Shown: positions 1 to 10,682 of the stretch, in pieces
Position numbering within the stretch: position 1 is the stretch's first letter
Layout of the letters: every line of letters starts with the position of its first letter
Assembly: GCF_000738915.1 (NCBI RefSeq)
Contig: NW_026515636.1
Location: 459,175 to 523,174 of the forward strand
DNA from: Nematocida ausubeli
Lineage: Eukaryota
DNA length: 64,000 bases
Reading direction: 5' to 3'
The notes under the pieces: model-generated
Seen by the model: the letters and a program-made list of their open reading frames with translations, nothing else
The model's database searches: none
What the model was told of the DNA's origin: nothing
Program-made: the position numbers and the translations under genes

Positions 1-442
1 ACTCTATAAAATATACTATGCTATTCCTATTAATATATGCTGTCTGTATATGTATACCTGTGATATAAATCTGCCTGTTGCAATATTCCTTCTATAAGTG
101 GTATAAATTGGACAGAACAAAGAGATTCAAGGATAGTTGTATCTCTGCCTCTATACTGCATGATTGACATGTTTTCAATCTTTATGTACTTTTTGCTTTG
201 TAGAAAAATAAAACTCTACGAAATTCTGGTTATATGTATGCTTTCTTCTCTGAATGCAGAAATAAAAGGAAAAATAGTTGTAAGAACACAAAATCAGAGC
301 TATATAAAATGGTAAACCAGAGAATACCACACAAAAGAAAGAGACAACAATATGCATTTAGGACATAAATCATAAAGACAATGCATTTACCATTTATTAA
401 ATGCCATAAAGCGGCAGTGCAACAGGGCTAAGCAAAGAGCAA

Positions 443-2146
443 CTATGTTGCTATAGATGGGGTTAGAAGCTTGTAAAAAATCAAGTCTTTTGCCACGTCA
501 GGCCGGCCCTTCAGCACTTCAACTATTGTTGGGATAATCACAAAAGATAGCATGAATAAGGAGTACAGCCCCAGAATGTACACTCTCATTGATAGGTCAC
601 TTAGAATACCAAATTTCTTTGGAATTTCAAACTTCATGGTAATGGGGTTTAGACTGCCCCAGAGTGTAAAGGCAGCCCATGCAACAAGTAGAAGAATGGC
701 TACTAGAGTTAACATGATTAAGCATGTAGTTAAGTAAGATTTCCAGTTATTATCATACACAGACATATCAGCAACTTTTATAAGCTCTGATGAATACATT
801 CCTATCTTTATGTACTTAAATGCATCAAAGAAAGACAAAAAGCCAGAGAAGAACATCGTAAAAGTAGATATTAAAAGACAAACAAGGCTAGACGCAAAGT
901 TAATTTTATCCCCTGTGGTTACTCTTCTCTTGAAAAGTGAAGTTAAGAAAAAGAATGAACTGTACAGCGCACTTAGCATAGATACAAAAATGCTTTCTTT
1001 AAATCCAGTGAATATAACATTTTCAGCCTGGCTTGACACACCTTCAACTATGTTGCCCCATGTGCTTTGGTTTTTATTTTGGTAGTATCCTAGGATAGAT
1101 CCAAATGCCAAACTGCTCAGTCGAACAAACACAGAGAATATCCAATTCATGACACCTATCGACATTACAAAGAGGAACTGTTTGAGGCCTGAGGCATTCA
1201 AAAACCATCCACCCAACCCACTCAGCATCTCAATCAGCTGTGCACCAGAGGTTGGCGCAAAGATGAAAAGCAAGAATCCCAGGGGGAAAGTCATTGTAGC
1301 TGCCCAAAACCCCATAACATCTGAAAAGTGTATTTTGACATATTTTCTCCTTCTAATTAAGGCATTTGCCTCTCCCTGATATATTTGCTTATCCTCCTTC
1401 TTAATTAGATTCGCGTCAGGTTCTTGGCCATCTGCCACATTCAGCTTATGGTCAGATGGCTTTTCCCCAATTACATTGACTCGAGGGCCCTTATCACTTG
1501 GAGTGAGTAGGTCTATGTCTAGGTCTGGGGCTGGCCCATCTGAGGTAAGCTTAAACTCTCCTTTATCAAGATCATTCGGGTTTAGAGTAAAGAAAAAGTC
1601 TTTGAAGTACAGAAAAACAAATGAAAGTAAAGTGATGAAGGTGAAAAGAGTGCCAAATGCCCATATAGCGGCTATATTACCAGAGAATTGCATGCCAATG
1701 ACTGTGGTTAGTATCCAAAAAACTCCAGTAGATAGACCAGCAGATCCACATGTCGTAAGAATAACTCCAGCAATAGTTGAAAAAAGGTTAAACTTAATGC
1801 TGTAGATTCTCTCTAGCAAATTTGAAATACCAAAGACCCCAAAAGCAATTGTACTCATCCATGTGAACATAGTTATGTCAGTAACTAATACTTGCAGTAC
1901 AGTGTAAGGTAGAAGTTTTATATTAAATAGGCTGTAAATAAAATTGCTGTTGAAAAGCATCCAAATAGACCCAATAAACATAGAGGCTATTGCGACACCA
2001 AGAAGAACACAAAGTCCTATTTTTGTGTAATATAGAAGAGCCCCATCCTCTTTCTTGTTGAACCTCATTAGAGTCTGTGATCCAATCTGCTTCTCTATAT
2101 CTTTGTACGGATGCAGCTTTTCTGATTTTATGTTAATATCTCGCAT
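443..2146 (-). CDS. Hypothetical polytopic membrane protein (567 aa)
   Basis: Long ORF with about 10 or more hydrophobic segments in two blocks separated by a charged loop. GGGG lies just upstream of the ATG. No family motif recognised. Confidence 0.8.
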   Translation of the reverse strand: MRDINIKSEKLHPYKDIEKQIGSQTLMRFNKKEDGALLYYTKIGLCVLLGVAIASMFIGSIWMLFNSNFIYSLFNIKLLPYTVLQVLVTDITMFTWMSTIAFGVFGISNLLERIYSIKFNLFSTIAGVILTTCGSAGLSTGVFWILTTVIGMQFSGNIAAIWAFGTLFTFITLLSFVFLYFKDFFFTLNPNDLDKGEFKLTSDGPAPDLDIDLLTPSDKGPRVNVIGEKPSDHKLNVADGQEPDANLIKKEDKQIYQGEANALIRRRKYVKIHFSDVMGFWAATMTFPLGFLLFIFAPTSGAQLIEMLSGLGGWFLNASGLKQFLFVMSIGVMNWIFSVFVRLSSLAFGSILGYYQNKNQSTWGNIVEGVSSQAENVIFTGFKESIFVSMLSALYSSFFFLTSLFKRRVTTGDKINFASSLVCLLISTFTMFFSGFLSFFDAFKYIKIGMYSSELIKVADMSVYDNNWKSYLTTCLIMLTLVAILLLVAWAAFTLWGSLNPITMKFEIPKKFGILSDLSMRVYILGLYSLFMLSFVIIPTIVEVLKGRPDVAKDLIFYKLLTPSIAT

Positions 2147-2443
2147 ACCCCGTTAGCAGAACAAGCTTATATACTGATGCCCCATGTCTTCGGCCAATAA
2201 AAATATATAACTGCCCCTTTCTATTCTAGAAGAATACTATTGATGCATCATTAACGTATACTCTTTCTGGGCTGTGCCATGAAAGAAGCACGTTTCAGCA
2301 GGAGCCTTAGATAAATATGTTCTAAGATGCGACTGTGATTTGATCCTGCTGTTATCTTTATTTATGAAGGCTGCCGGGTTTCTTCTAGAGCATCTCAGTA
2401 ATAATATCTAGTGCTTTACCAAAGACCACACCTTAAGTACCAT

Positions 2444-3244
2444 TTACTTTGAGTCTCTGTATATTCCAACAACAATGGCATGGTCTCTCTCGTATGGCTC
2501 TAACGTGGCCTGCTCCTTTGGCTTGATTTCAAGTTTTCTAAGAATGTTTACTTCGTTGGCAAATACTTCTGCAGGAGCCTTCACTGAGTCAATGCAGTTA
2601 GCCTTGATGGAGATCACCACTCCACCCTTCTCCTTCAAAAAGTACTTGGCGTTCAGACCAACGATTCTTGCCTGGTCTGGCTGTGCAACATCAGCAAATA
2701 TCACATCAACAATTGGCACAAGCATTCTGTATCGCTGGGGCAGTCTGGCGTCCTCAATGATAGGAACAATGTTTGGTCTCTTCTTAGCCAGGCTTAGAAG
2801 GTCTCTGCCTGACCGGTGACTGAACTCCACGGCGTAGACTACACCTTCTGGCCCAACCAGATCAGACACGTGAGACACACTTGTACCAGAGGCGGCTCCA
2901 AGATAAAGAACCTTTGCTCCTGGGACAATGTGGATGTTCTCCAGTCCACCAAGGATACCTGCAGCAAGCTTGCTTCTGAAGGGGTTCCATGCTCTGTACT
3001 CTACCTTTGCATCGTCTGGGCCTGCCAGAATTCTCTTTTCGCCGTAGACTGATAGCCCAGGGGTTAAGTTCTTTGTGGCTAGCGTCTCTTCCTTTCCTCT
3101 TGACAGGAACACGCCCTTGAACCGTGGGTGTGGCTGCAGAACAACCTCCTTTGGCTTGTTCATGGGTGGTTTTCTCTGGAATTTGCTTGGTCCTCCTCTT
3201 GGGCTGGAGTTGAATGGTCGTTTGTCTTTTCTTCCCGCTGACAT
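2444..3244 (-). CDS. NOP1: Fibrillarin, rRNA 2'-O-methyltransferase
   Basis: Motifs [55 protein letters not shown]. First ATG (MSAGRK) at 3244. The GAR domain is essentially absent. Confidence 0.97.
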   Translation of the reverse strand: MSAGRKDKRPFNSSPRGGPSKFQRKPPMNKPKEVVLQPHPRFKGVFLSRGKEETLATKNLTPGLSVYGEKRILAGPDDAKVEYRAWNPFRSKLAAGILGGLENIHIVPGAKVLYLGAASGTSVSHVSDLVGPEGVVYAVEFSHRSGRDLLSLAKKRPNIVPIIEDARLPQRYRMLVPIVDVIFADVAQPDQARIVGLNAKYFLKEKGGVVISIKANCIDSVKAPAEVFANEVNILRKLEIKPKEQATLEPYERDHAIVVGIYRDSK

Positions 3245-3477
3245 AAAATATTTTGTAAGCACAAATTATAATTAAATATTTTTACTGGATATTTTCAACA
3301 GTTTTTGGAATAATTTCTTGGCTGCCAGACAACCAAAGTATAAGTAAAACAGAAATTTATTCTTTCGGCCATGGTATAGTCTATTAAATCCATGGAATCT
3401 TATCTATGCGCAACCCAGTCGCAGGACAGCATAAGCCTGCTCTCCTTCAGATAGCAAAACTCTCTATAATATCATGA

Positions 3478-4176
3478 TCACCACTCCATTGTCATTCTTT
3501 TCTTCTTTGTTTCCTGCTCCTGCTCTTCCTCAGGCTCCTCTTCAAATTCTGTTACATACTTTATTCCTCGGGTCTGGACCTGTCCCAGCTTCTTTCTCTT
3601 CACCTCCTGGACAGTCGATCGCTCCTGCTCTACCATACCCTTGTTTCCATAGACGCCTAGCTTGTATCGCTCAAGCACTTCTTTCTCAACTGCATTCTCT
3701 ATTTTTGCTTGCCGGGCAGCCTTGACTTCTCTTGCTCTGTCCTGCTTCTCTGCCTTCTTTTTTCTGTGTATGTATACGGGCCTGCCAATTTCATCAAGAA
3801 GTGCCCTTCTCTCCAAGTAGTCTGAAAGCTTTGTCAAGCGCTGCTTGCACTTGTGCACTATAAAGCTTCCCCAGTCCTTCAGCTCTTCACTGATTGTTGC
3901 AAGGGCCTTGTCGTAGTCCTCGTCTAGCTCCACTTTTTCATAAAGAGACTTTGGCTTATGCCGCCGCTCTGGCTCTTTCATAAGCAGATAGAGCTTCCCC
4001 TTTATCTCTCTGACCGTTGCGTATTTCGAGTTCGAGAGCGGGCAGGTCTCTCGCGTGCACATCCCAGATACATTGTTTGCATTTCTGCAAAGCAGATCTG
4101 TCTGTGTCTTCATTTTAAAGGAGCAGAAGGCCTTTGCGCCTCCTATAGTGTTCCATATGCTTTGGTCGTCTAGCAT
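3478..4176 (-). CDS. MAK16: Mak16, 60S ribosome biogenesis factor
   Basis: DxxIWxxI..FCSFK, CRNxxNVSGMCxRxxCPLSNSKYAT, HKCKQRLTKL, acidic tail. Confidence 0.95.
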   Translation of the reverse strand: MLDDQSIWNTIGGAKAFCSFKMKTQTDLLCRNANNVSGMCTRETCPLSNSKYATVREIKGKLYLLMKEPERRHKPKSLYEKVELDEDYDKALATISEELKDWGSFIVHKCKQRLTKLSDYLERRALLDEIGRPVYIHRKKKAEKQDRAREVKAARQAKIENAVEKEVLERYKLGVYGNKGMVEQERSTVQEVKRKKLGQVQTRGIKYVTEFEEEPEEEQEQETKKKRMTMEW

Positions 4177-4258
4177 CGTAAAAAAAATGTTTGCTTTCCG
4201 GATCTAATGGCTGTCTAATTAGACCTGTCACGGAACATGCTTTTCTTAGAAAGGTAGA

Positions 4259-4330
4259 TCCCTTGTGGTCTAGTGGCTAGGATTTCGCGTTTTCACCGCG
4301 ACGGCCGGGGTTCAATTCCCCGCAAGGGAA
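4259..4330 (+). tRNA. tRNA-Glu (anticodon UUC)
   Basis: Acceptor stem TCCCTTG/CAAGGGA, D arm GGTCTAGTGGCTAGGATT, anticodon stem TCGCG/CGCGA with loop TTTTCAC, T loop GGTTCAATTCC, followed by a T6 Pol III terminator. Confidence 0.96.
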
Positions 4331-4351
4331 ATTTTTTACTTGCAAAGACGC

Positions 4352-5008
4352 ATGGCCCACAGAAATAGAAATGCTGCTATGTTTGATGAGCTTGTGCTGA
4401 AATACCAAGCCAGAGATGCAGGCCAGAAAAAAACAGACGGTGGCTTAGAGGGCGCAAAGAGAGAAATGCTGTGCTATAGCCATATCCTGGGTGTGTGCCC
4501 TAGGGGAGAGCTAAAGCAAAACCACAAAAGCATGTGTACATTCCAGCATGTCCCACTAGCCAGTGAAGAAGCCGGAAGAAATGAGTTTTTAAACATATTC
4601 AATGACCCTTTGCAAAGAAAAAAGTTCTTTCGCACGCACCATCTTATGCAGAAGTGCATTATTCGATTAAAAGATGAAATAAAGGGAATTATGGCTAGCC
4701 TGCCAAAGCAGCAGCGGCAAGCCTCAACACAAGCAATTGCGCAATACAACCAGGCAAAGGCTGAGTGGGCTATTTTCAAACTAAATGGACAGGAAGAGCT
4801 AGAGGAGCTGGCACTGGCAAGGCTTCGAAAGCTGGAAGAGACAAACAGTCGAGAAGGCGTAGCAAGAATGCGGTGCAAGGCATGCCCGCACTATCTTCCG
4901 TGGCTGGAAAGTGAGCGAAAACAGCACTATATTGGAAAAGTGCACCAAACGTATATAAGAATGCAGCAGTTTCTGCAGAACTACTATTCCCAAGGCCACA
5001 ATACTTAG
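4352..5008 (+). CDS. LUC7: Luc7-like two-zinc-finger protein (U1 snRNP-associated family)
   Basis: N-terminal CYSHILGVCP...CTFQH (Luc7 ZnF1 pattern) and C-terminal CKAC..YL...RKQHYIGKVHQTY (ZnF2 pattern CxxC...HFxGKxHxxY), separated by a coiled coil. First ATG at 4352. Confidence 0.7.
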   Translation: MAHRNRNAAMFDELVLKYQARDAGQKKTDGGLEGAKREMLCYSHILGVCPRGELKQNHKSMCTFQHVPLASEEAGRNEFLNIFNDPLQRKKFFRTHHLMQKCIIRLKDEIKGIMASLPKQQRQASTQAIAQYNQAKAEWAIFKLNGQEELEELALARLRKLEETNSREGVARMRCKACPHYLPWLESERKQHYIGKVHQTYIRMQQFLQNYYSQGHNT

Positions 5009-5142
5009 TGAACTATGCTAAGAGCTGCATGGGTTTCTGTACTTTATCAATATGGTATGGGTTCTTCTTGCAATGAAAGACTTCCTTTTCTATGTATATT
5101 TGTCCAAGTATATGCTGTTAGTTTCTTTACAAATATTTTTGT

Positions 5143-5706
5143 ATGGGATACTTTGACTGTGAATATAATGCGTTGGGAAGAGATAAAGCAGGCGTTCTTG
5201 TTAAGTGCGAAGGCTCTGAAGTAATAGGAATGCTGAACGGGCCCTTTGAGCCTTCTGGGGGCATACTTAACATGTACAGCGGCTCGGTCCGAGTCATTAT
5301 CATGGGAAGCAGCAAAACCAGAACCCAGTATGCATCACTGCAAGAGAACATTGAGAGAATTTTAATGGATCTTATTTATCTTAGAGACTACCCCAGGTGC
5401 GTGCTTGAAATTAGGATATTTGTGGTTTCTTCAATAGAGAATATCTTGGCAGCCATACTTAACACGATTTCTGTGCTGCTAATCAATGCAGGCATTCAAA
5501 TGAAGGGAATTCTACTTGCTGTGCATGACTCTGCGGCATTTAGTACATCAGCTTATATCTATTCAAACACAAAGTATCAGAAAGTGCTCCGGGTGGGACA
5601 GCCTGCCAAGGAAGACGTTGCAAAGCTTGCAGACCTTTTAGAAAGAATGACATACTCGCTAAAGGAAGACTATAAAAAGGACTGGCAGATAGCCCTATAT
5701 AAATAA
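5143..5706 (+). CDS. Exosome core RNase PH-fold subunit (Rrp46-like; Rrp41 not excluded)
   Basis: RNase PH-like pattern: G..VIGMLNGP, LIYLRDYPRCVLEIRIFVV, LAAILNTISVLLINAGIQMK. Confidence 0.75.
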   Translation: MGYFDCEYNALGRDKAGVLVKCEGSEVIGMLNGPFEPSGGILNMYSGSVRVIIMGSSKTRTQYASLQENIERILMDLIYLRDYPRCVLEIRIFVVSSIENILAAILNTISVLLINAGIQMKGILLAVHDSAAFSTSAYIYSNTKYQKVLRVGQPAKEDVAKLADLLERMTYSLKEDYKKDWQIALYK

Positions 5707-6270
5707 ATATATGGATTGTACCAAAAATACCCATTTCCTTCCAAATATATATCCTTTGAATTTAGTTGTTTTCGCATTCTTTCTTGCCAGACATGTTTTT
5801 AGTAAGTAGTATAAAATTGAGTGCACAAATAAATATATCTGAATTTTCGCAGGAAATGATGCAGAGAAGCCAAGGTATATTATGAGAATGTAATACAGAT
5901 TTGTCTATTGATGAAATAGAATGCCTAAAGTGCAGAACTGCCTATCTATCTCTTCTTTTATCCACTGCTGCAATTGGTCTTATTATGTATGCATTATATA
6001 GGAAAGCCAGCACCTATGCTAGAGTGAAGGTATTTTGTTCTAAAATACTTGGTATTTTGCAATCCATATATAATATTACTGGAGTAGTATGCTAAGCATG
6101 CGCAGAGAAGATAAGTTCTAAAATAAACCGTATCAAATGAATAAGGATTGCTTGAATATTAATAGGCATGGCTTTACTCTCATTGTCCCGAACTAATTCT
6201 CTTTTGTTTACTAGCACTCTTATCTGGTAAATTCAAGTAAAATATTTGTATTTAATTATTTTAACCCCAT

Positions 6271-9200
6271 ATGAAACAAATGGAAGGTAAATATGTGCCG
6301 TTAGTGCTAACTGAGCTGTCAATTCTTAAGGAAGATATGCCGCCATTCATTTTGGAGGATTACAAAAAAGAGACAGGATTTGTGGGAGTAAGCAACTTTC
6401 GAAAAATAGGAAATATTTTTGGACTGTCCCAGCCAATAACTGAGGGAATACACAACCTGGCCACGTATTACAAGAAAAAGATCATTTGGATAAATCTGCG
6501 AGAACAGCCTGTTATATATATAAATGGGCTGCCCTTTCTTCTGAAGGATAAAAAAGCACCATTTTCAAACATCAAGTCATTTGTTGGCATATCGTATAAG
6601 AGAATGGAGGAAATGGAGAAGCGCCTGAAGAAGGACATTCAGGAGCTTGCCAATCGGTCAGGAGGCTTCATAAAGGTGTACACAGAGAAAACGCCTAAAA
6701 CGCTGTGGGCTAGCAACATATATGTGCGGCAGGTTCAAACGGTTCGGGAGGTCTTTAACGAAATCAATGGAATACGGTACTACCGAGTGCCTATAAACAG
6801 GATAAACTGCAAAGAGTCGTTTATATCTGTTCTTGACATAATTCTCAGCAAAGAGCAGAAGGAGCTTGGTGAGGCGTACCATGAATACTCAATTGGGTTC
6901 AACTCTAGCACAGGGCTGAACAAAACATCGTATGGAATGAGCATTTGCCTTCTGCGGGAAGCTATAAGCAATCAGCACCTGCTAGATGATACAGCGCATG
7001 TGCCTTCGTTCCCTCGGGTTATTCACTCCCTTGAGAAAGTCTTTCCAAAGAAGGAGTTTGCAGCGTTTCTGATGAAGTCAGGCAATGTGATCCCCGTGCT
7101 TGAGAAAGCCTTGAAGGGCGAGTACGTAATAATTGAGCGGCTTGCGAATGCTATGGACTTGCCAGAAGTGCGGGAGTTGGTGAACGCGGTCATAAACTCA
7201 ATTGAGTATAATCTGCTGGCTGTTCTTCTGGAAAACATTCTTGCCTTCCAGTGCCATGGCTGCAAGAAGGCCTTAAAAAAATCAATGTTCCTGCTAGAGA
7301 AGTACGCTTCGCTGATTCTGTATGCGATTTACAAACAGCAGAAGACAGCCAGCTCTTTCGTAGACTGGATAGAAAACTCTTCGATAGCGCAGGGAATAAT
7401 CCAGGAAGTGACTTCTGCAGTTCCAAGCAAGAACTTGTTTTCTCCTGCAGTTATTAGCCAGGCCAGCACAGTTGATAAGGAATGGACCGCTATAATAGGA
7501 ATAGGCACTGTTCTGCAAGCAGATAGGGACATGAATGCAACCTTTGAAAAAGAGAGAGTTGCTGCTGAAAAAATGTCTATTCCGGTGATGCAAATGCATC
7601 AGCCAAACAAGAAAACCGATATGTCGTTTATTTGCGAGCAGGTGCTGTGGATAAATCTGCGGGCAGAGCCTATAGTCTATATAGAAGGCGTGCCGCACTC
7701 TGAAAGAGACCGCATAGATCCAACCAGGAATATACGAACAATTCCTGGAATAACAGAAGAGCTAGTGAACAACCAAGAGAAAATACTAATCCGCAGAATA
7801 CAGGACGAAGGAAGCCAGCAGCAGGGAGAGGTTCTTTTATTTACAACGGAGTCCAATAAAATCAATACAAAGCATGCGAATGTGAAAGAAAAGAACGTTC
7901 AGACATGCGAAGAGTTTATTTCAAAGATCAACCCGAAGCAGATTAAGTACATAAGAGTGCCCATGGTTTCAAAGGCGCCTCTCAACCCAAACATACTTGA
8001 CTTGTTATATACAACGCTAGTCACGCATAGGTCTATGCCTGTCATACTGCAGGCAAGTGGATATCTAGGGCGTAACAAGATTGTGAAGGTCATTTCCCTT
8101 CTAATTGAAAAAGCCGAAGAAAGAAAAAGCGCCACCGATGACCTTCCCCGAATGCCGCGCCCCATTCTTATAAGATCAATAGAGACGCTAGTTAGAATAT
8201 TGAAGAATGGAATTGAGTCAGAAATAATAGTAAGGTCTGTGTGGAGCGACATGGAAAACAAAGACATTTACAGCACGCATCTCACACCGGACTTTTCTCA
8301 GAAAAATCTGATTGATTATATGCTGTTGATTGTGCTTACCTCATATATGCTAGAAAATAACACCTGCCCATTCCGGGTGTGGATAAACAAAAGAGAAGAC
8401 ATTCTGCATATTTATGAAAGCTGTGTGAATGATAGAAAGCTGCTAGAGCAAGGTGGCATGCACAACGAACTAGAAAATGCACAGAACTCGCCAGACGAGG
8501 AGGATAAGAAAAAAAGAGTCGAGCTGATTAACAGGCCCTGGGGACAGGTGCTAACCCCGCATACGATTCTGAAAAATGACTTTTTCCCAGCGCTGCGTAT
8601 TCTCAAGTCGAATACAATTGATATAAAGGGTTGCAGCAATTTTAGAGCAGTTGAGTTCAATAGGGATACAATTGTAGGGCTTGCACAGCCCACCTCCTGG
8701 GGTGTTCAGTCTCTAGTTGAGTATTTAAATGGAAGCAGGCCCTGCAGTGAGCAGAGCGGAAAACATTGCATAGAAGAAGAATTCAAGAAAAATGCATCTG
8801 GGCAAGTTATTCACTGGTTCTGCTTGCGGCAGGAGCCAATTGTCTATATTGATGGCTTTCCATTTGTTCTACGCATTACAGATATGATCTACGAAAATGT
8901 TATTACTGAAGGGATCAATAGAAAGTGGGTTGAAGACATAGAAGAAAGAATGAAGAATGACTGTCTGGAAGAGTCAGAAAAAGAAGGCCTGATTCTTCAC
9001 AACGAGGAGATACAAGACGGAGAAGCCATACTATCATCTGAAACAGTTGTAAGTAGAAACATTCTCACCCCCAAGGAGATCTTTATAAACAAAAACCTTA
9101 AGTATTATAGGATGCCAATCTCTGACGAACAGGCACCTCTTCCTGAAATATTTGACGAGCTTTATAGGATAATCATGGCAGCCCCTAAGCCCAGAATGCT

Positions 9201-9621
9201 TGTTTTCTCGTGCCAGATGGGAAGAGGGCGAACAACCACTGGAATGGTCATATCAAGACTAATTGGATTCACCGAGTATATAAACACACTCACCAGTGCG
9301 GAGCGAAAAAGTATATTGAAAGAGAAGAGGTCGCAAGTTGAGTACGCCGATAGCTACATAATGATATCCAAACTGATACAAGTTTTACCAATGGGAAGGG
9401 AAAGCAAAAACTTAGTAGACTCGATTATCAAAGAATGCGGCCACATACAGAATATATACGAAGCAATTGCCTTCCGTAAAGATAATACTGAATATTTGAT
9501 GCGCTACTTCTACCTTATATGCTTTGGATCTTTTCTATTGGAGGGAAACGAAAAGACTTTTTCTGGCTATCTGTGCGATAGAATCGAGATCAATGTTATT
9601 GCGAATGAAAGAGAGTACTAG
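6271..9621 (+). CDS. Paladin-like protein with three PTP-like (inositol phosphate/phytase-type) phosphatase repeats
   Basis: Three repeats of W(I/F)xLRxxP(V/I)xYIxGxP and YxRxP. SNFR in repeats 1 and 3. Intact CX5R motif FSCQMGRGRTT in repeat 3. CCCC motif before the ATG. Confidence 0.88.
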   Translation: MKQMEGKYVPLVLTELSILKEDMPPFILEDYKKETGFVGVSNFRKIGNIFGLSQPITEGIHNLATYYKKKIIWINLREQPVIYINGLPFLLKDKKAPFSNIKSFVGISYKRMEEMEKRLKKDIQELANRSGGFIKVYTEKTPKTLWASNIYVRQVQTVREVFNEINGIRYYRVPINRINCKESFISVLDIILSKEQKELGEAYHEYSIGFNSSTGLNKTSYGMSICLLREAISNQHLLDDTAHVPSFPRVIHSLEKVFPKKEFAAFLMKSGNVIPVLEKALKGEYVIIERLANAMDLPEVRELVNAVINSIEYNLLAVLLENILAFQCHGCKKALKKSMFLLEKYASLILYAIYKQQKTASSFVDWIENSSIAQGIIQEVTSAVPSKNLFSPAVISQASTVDKEWTAIIGIGTVLQADRDMNATFEKERVAAEKMSIPVMQMHQPNKKTDMSFICEQVLWINLRAEPIVYIEGVPHSERDRIDPTRNIRTIPGITEELVNNQEKILIRRIQDEGSQQQGEVLLFTTESNKINTKHANVKEKNVQTCEEFISKINPKQIKYIRVPMVSKAPLNPNILDLLYTTLVTHRSMPVILQASGYLGRNKIVKVISLLIEKAEERKSATDDLPRMPRPILIRSIETLVRILKNGIESEIIVRSVWSDMENKDIYSTHLTPDFSQKNLIDYMLLIVLTSYMLENNTCPFRVWINKREDILHIYESCVNDRKLLEQGGMHNELENAQNSPDEEDKKKRVELINRPWGQVLTPHTILKNDFFPALRILKSNTIDIKGCSNFRAVEFNRDTIVGLAQPTSWGVQSLVEYLNGSRPCSEQSGKHCIEEEFKKNASGQVIHWFCLRQEPIVYIDGFPFVLRITDMIYENVITEGINRKWVEDIEERMKNDCLEESEKEGLILHNEEIQDGEAILSSETVVSRNILTPKEIFINKNLKYYRMPISDEQAPLPEIFDELYRIIMAAPKPRMLVFSCQMGRGRTTTGMVISRLIGFTEYINTLTSAERKSILKEKRSQVEYADSYIMISKLIQVLPMGRESKNLVDSIIKECGHIQNIYEAIAFRKDNTEYLMRYFYLICFGSFLLEGNEKTFSGYLCDRIEINVIANEREY

Positions 9622-10034
9622 AAGGTAGGGGCAGCATAATATGCACGTACATACCAAATTATGTGGTGATACAATGAGATTTGTGCTGCAACTGAAGCCT
9701 ATTCAGACTTGCCAAATACATAGGCAGAATTGCTTGTTTGCAGCACATAATTATTTATCTGCTTATATAGTGCCCTTATATTAGAATGCTCAAAATTATG
9801 CTCTACATCTCATATATAACTGAATAAAATTCAATAAAATAATTTTAGTACTATGGATACAAACATTTTATAAAGCAGACCAGTTTTACTGTAACAATTT
9901 ATCTTGAATCCCAATAGCTTACATTAGGCTTCAGCTATTGGTGTGCGCTAAGAGGGGCTGCGTTCCATCTAGAAAATAGCTGTCTAAAATAGAGATCATC
10001 TATAATGTATTTTATTAGTATATGCATGTATATA

Positions 10035-10361
10035 TGACGTGCCACGATGGCGGAAGCGTCATAGCCTGGAAGTAATAACCCAAGAGGGACAACATCTTAC
10101 TTAAAGAAGAACTTTTATTCATGTCCTGCGTATCTCGCTGGGATCTTGGATTCATAGTTGAATTGCCATGTCCGGTAGTCTTTCTCATATATTTCATTGC
10201 TCGTTCCATTGTCCACACTTGCTGCTCCCCTTGCAGAATTGCATCTGTATTTATAGTAGGGTTTTGATCTTGAGATAGCGATGAATTGCAATCGCTATCA
10301 TTTTATTTTTGAACCCCCTGTCGGTATAAGAAATTTCCGAAGGAGTGGTAATTTTACCACA
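10035..10361 (-). mobile_element. Solo-LTR-like repeat, family B copy 1 (TGTGG...CGTCA on the minus strand; ATATA direct flanks)
   Basis: Reverse complement aligns with 16959-17277 and 54210-54496. TG..CA termini. Identical 5-mers at 10030-10034 and 10362-10366. Confidence 0.65.
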
Positions 10362-10682
10362 ATATATTTTGAAAATCTTGGCTATGAGCTCCTGTGCTTG
10401 GCTTTTTGTTCATTGCTAGCATGTGCTGCCCTTTTATTTCTCTCTTGCAATCACATGGCAGTCTTTTTGTATCTGGTAAGATAGATCTTATTGAAGTTAT
10501 TTACACATCAGAGATTTGGCATCTTAAACCATAGAATTTGATGTTTACATAGTTATATATTATTTTAAATGATCTCTATCCAATAACGGCGCTAACTGTG
10601 CTTCCAATAATCATACACATTTTTTAGATGCACCAATGAAGAGAAAACAGCTATAATAATAAGTAGGAGTTTGCAGCAGCAG

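Noticed and set aside
2444..5706. Run of RNA-processing genes (NOP1, MAK16, tRNA, LUC7-like, exosome subunit)
   Set aside because: Such genes make up a large share of reduced genomes and the strands are mixed, so chance clustering is sufficient.
10274..10299. 9-bp hairpin followed by a T-rich run resembling an intrinsic terminator
   Set aside because: Eukaryotic context, and the hairpin is not conserved in the other family B copies.
10476..10627. Intron-like GTAAG...GCTAAC...TTTTAG
   Set aside because: Splicing joins the upstream ATG exon to ATG CAC CAA TGA, an immediate stop that is out of frame with the 10683 gene.
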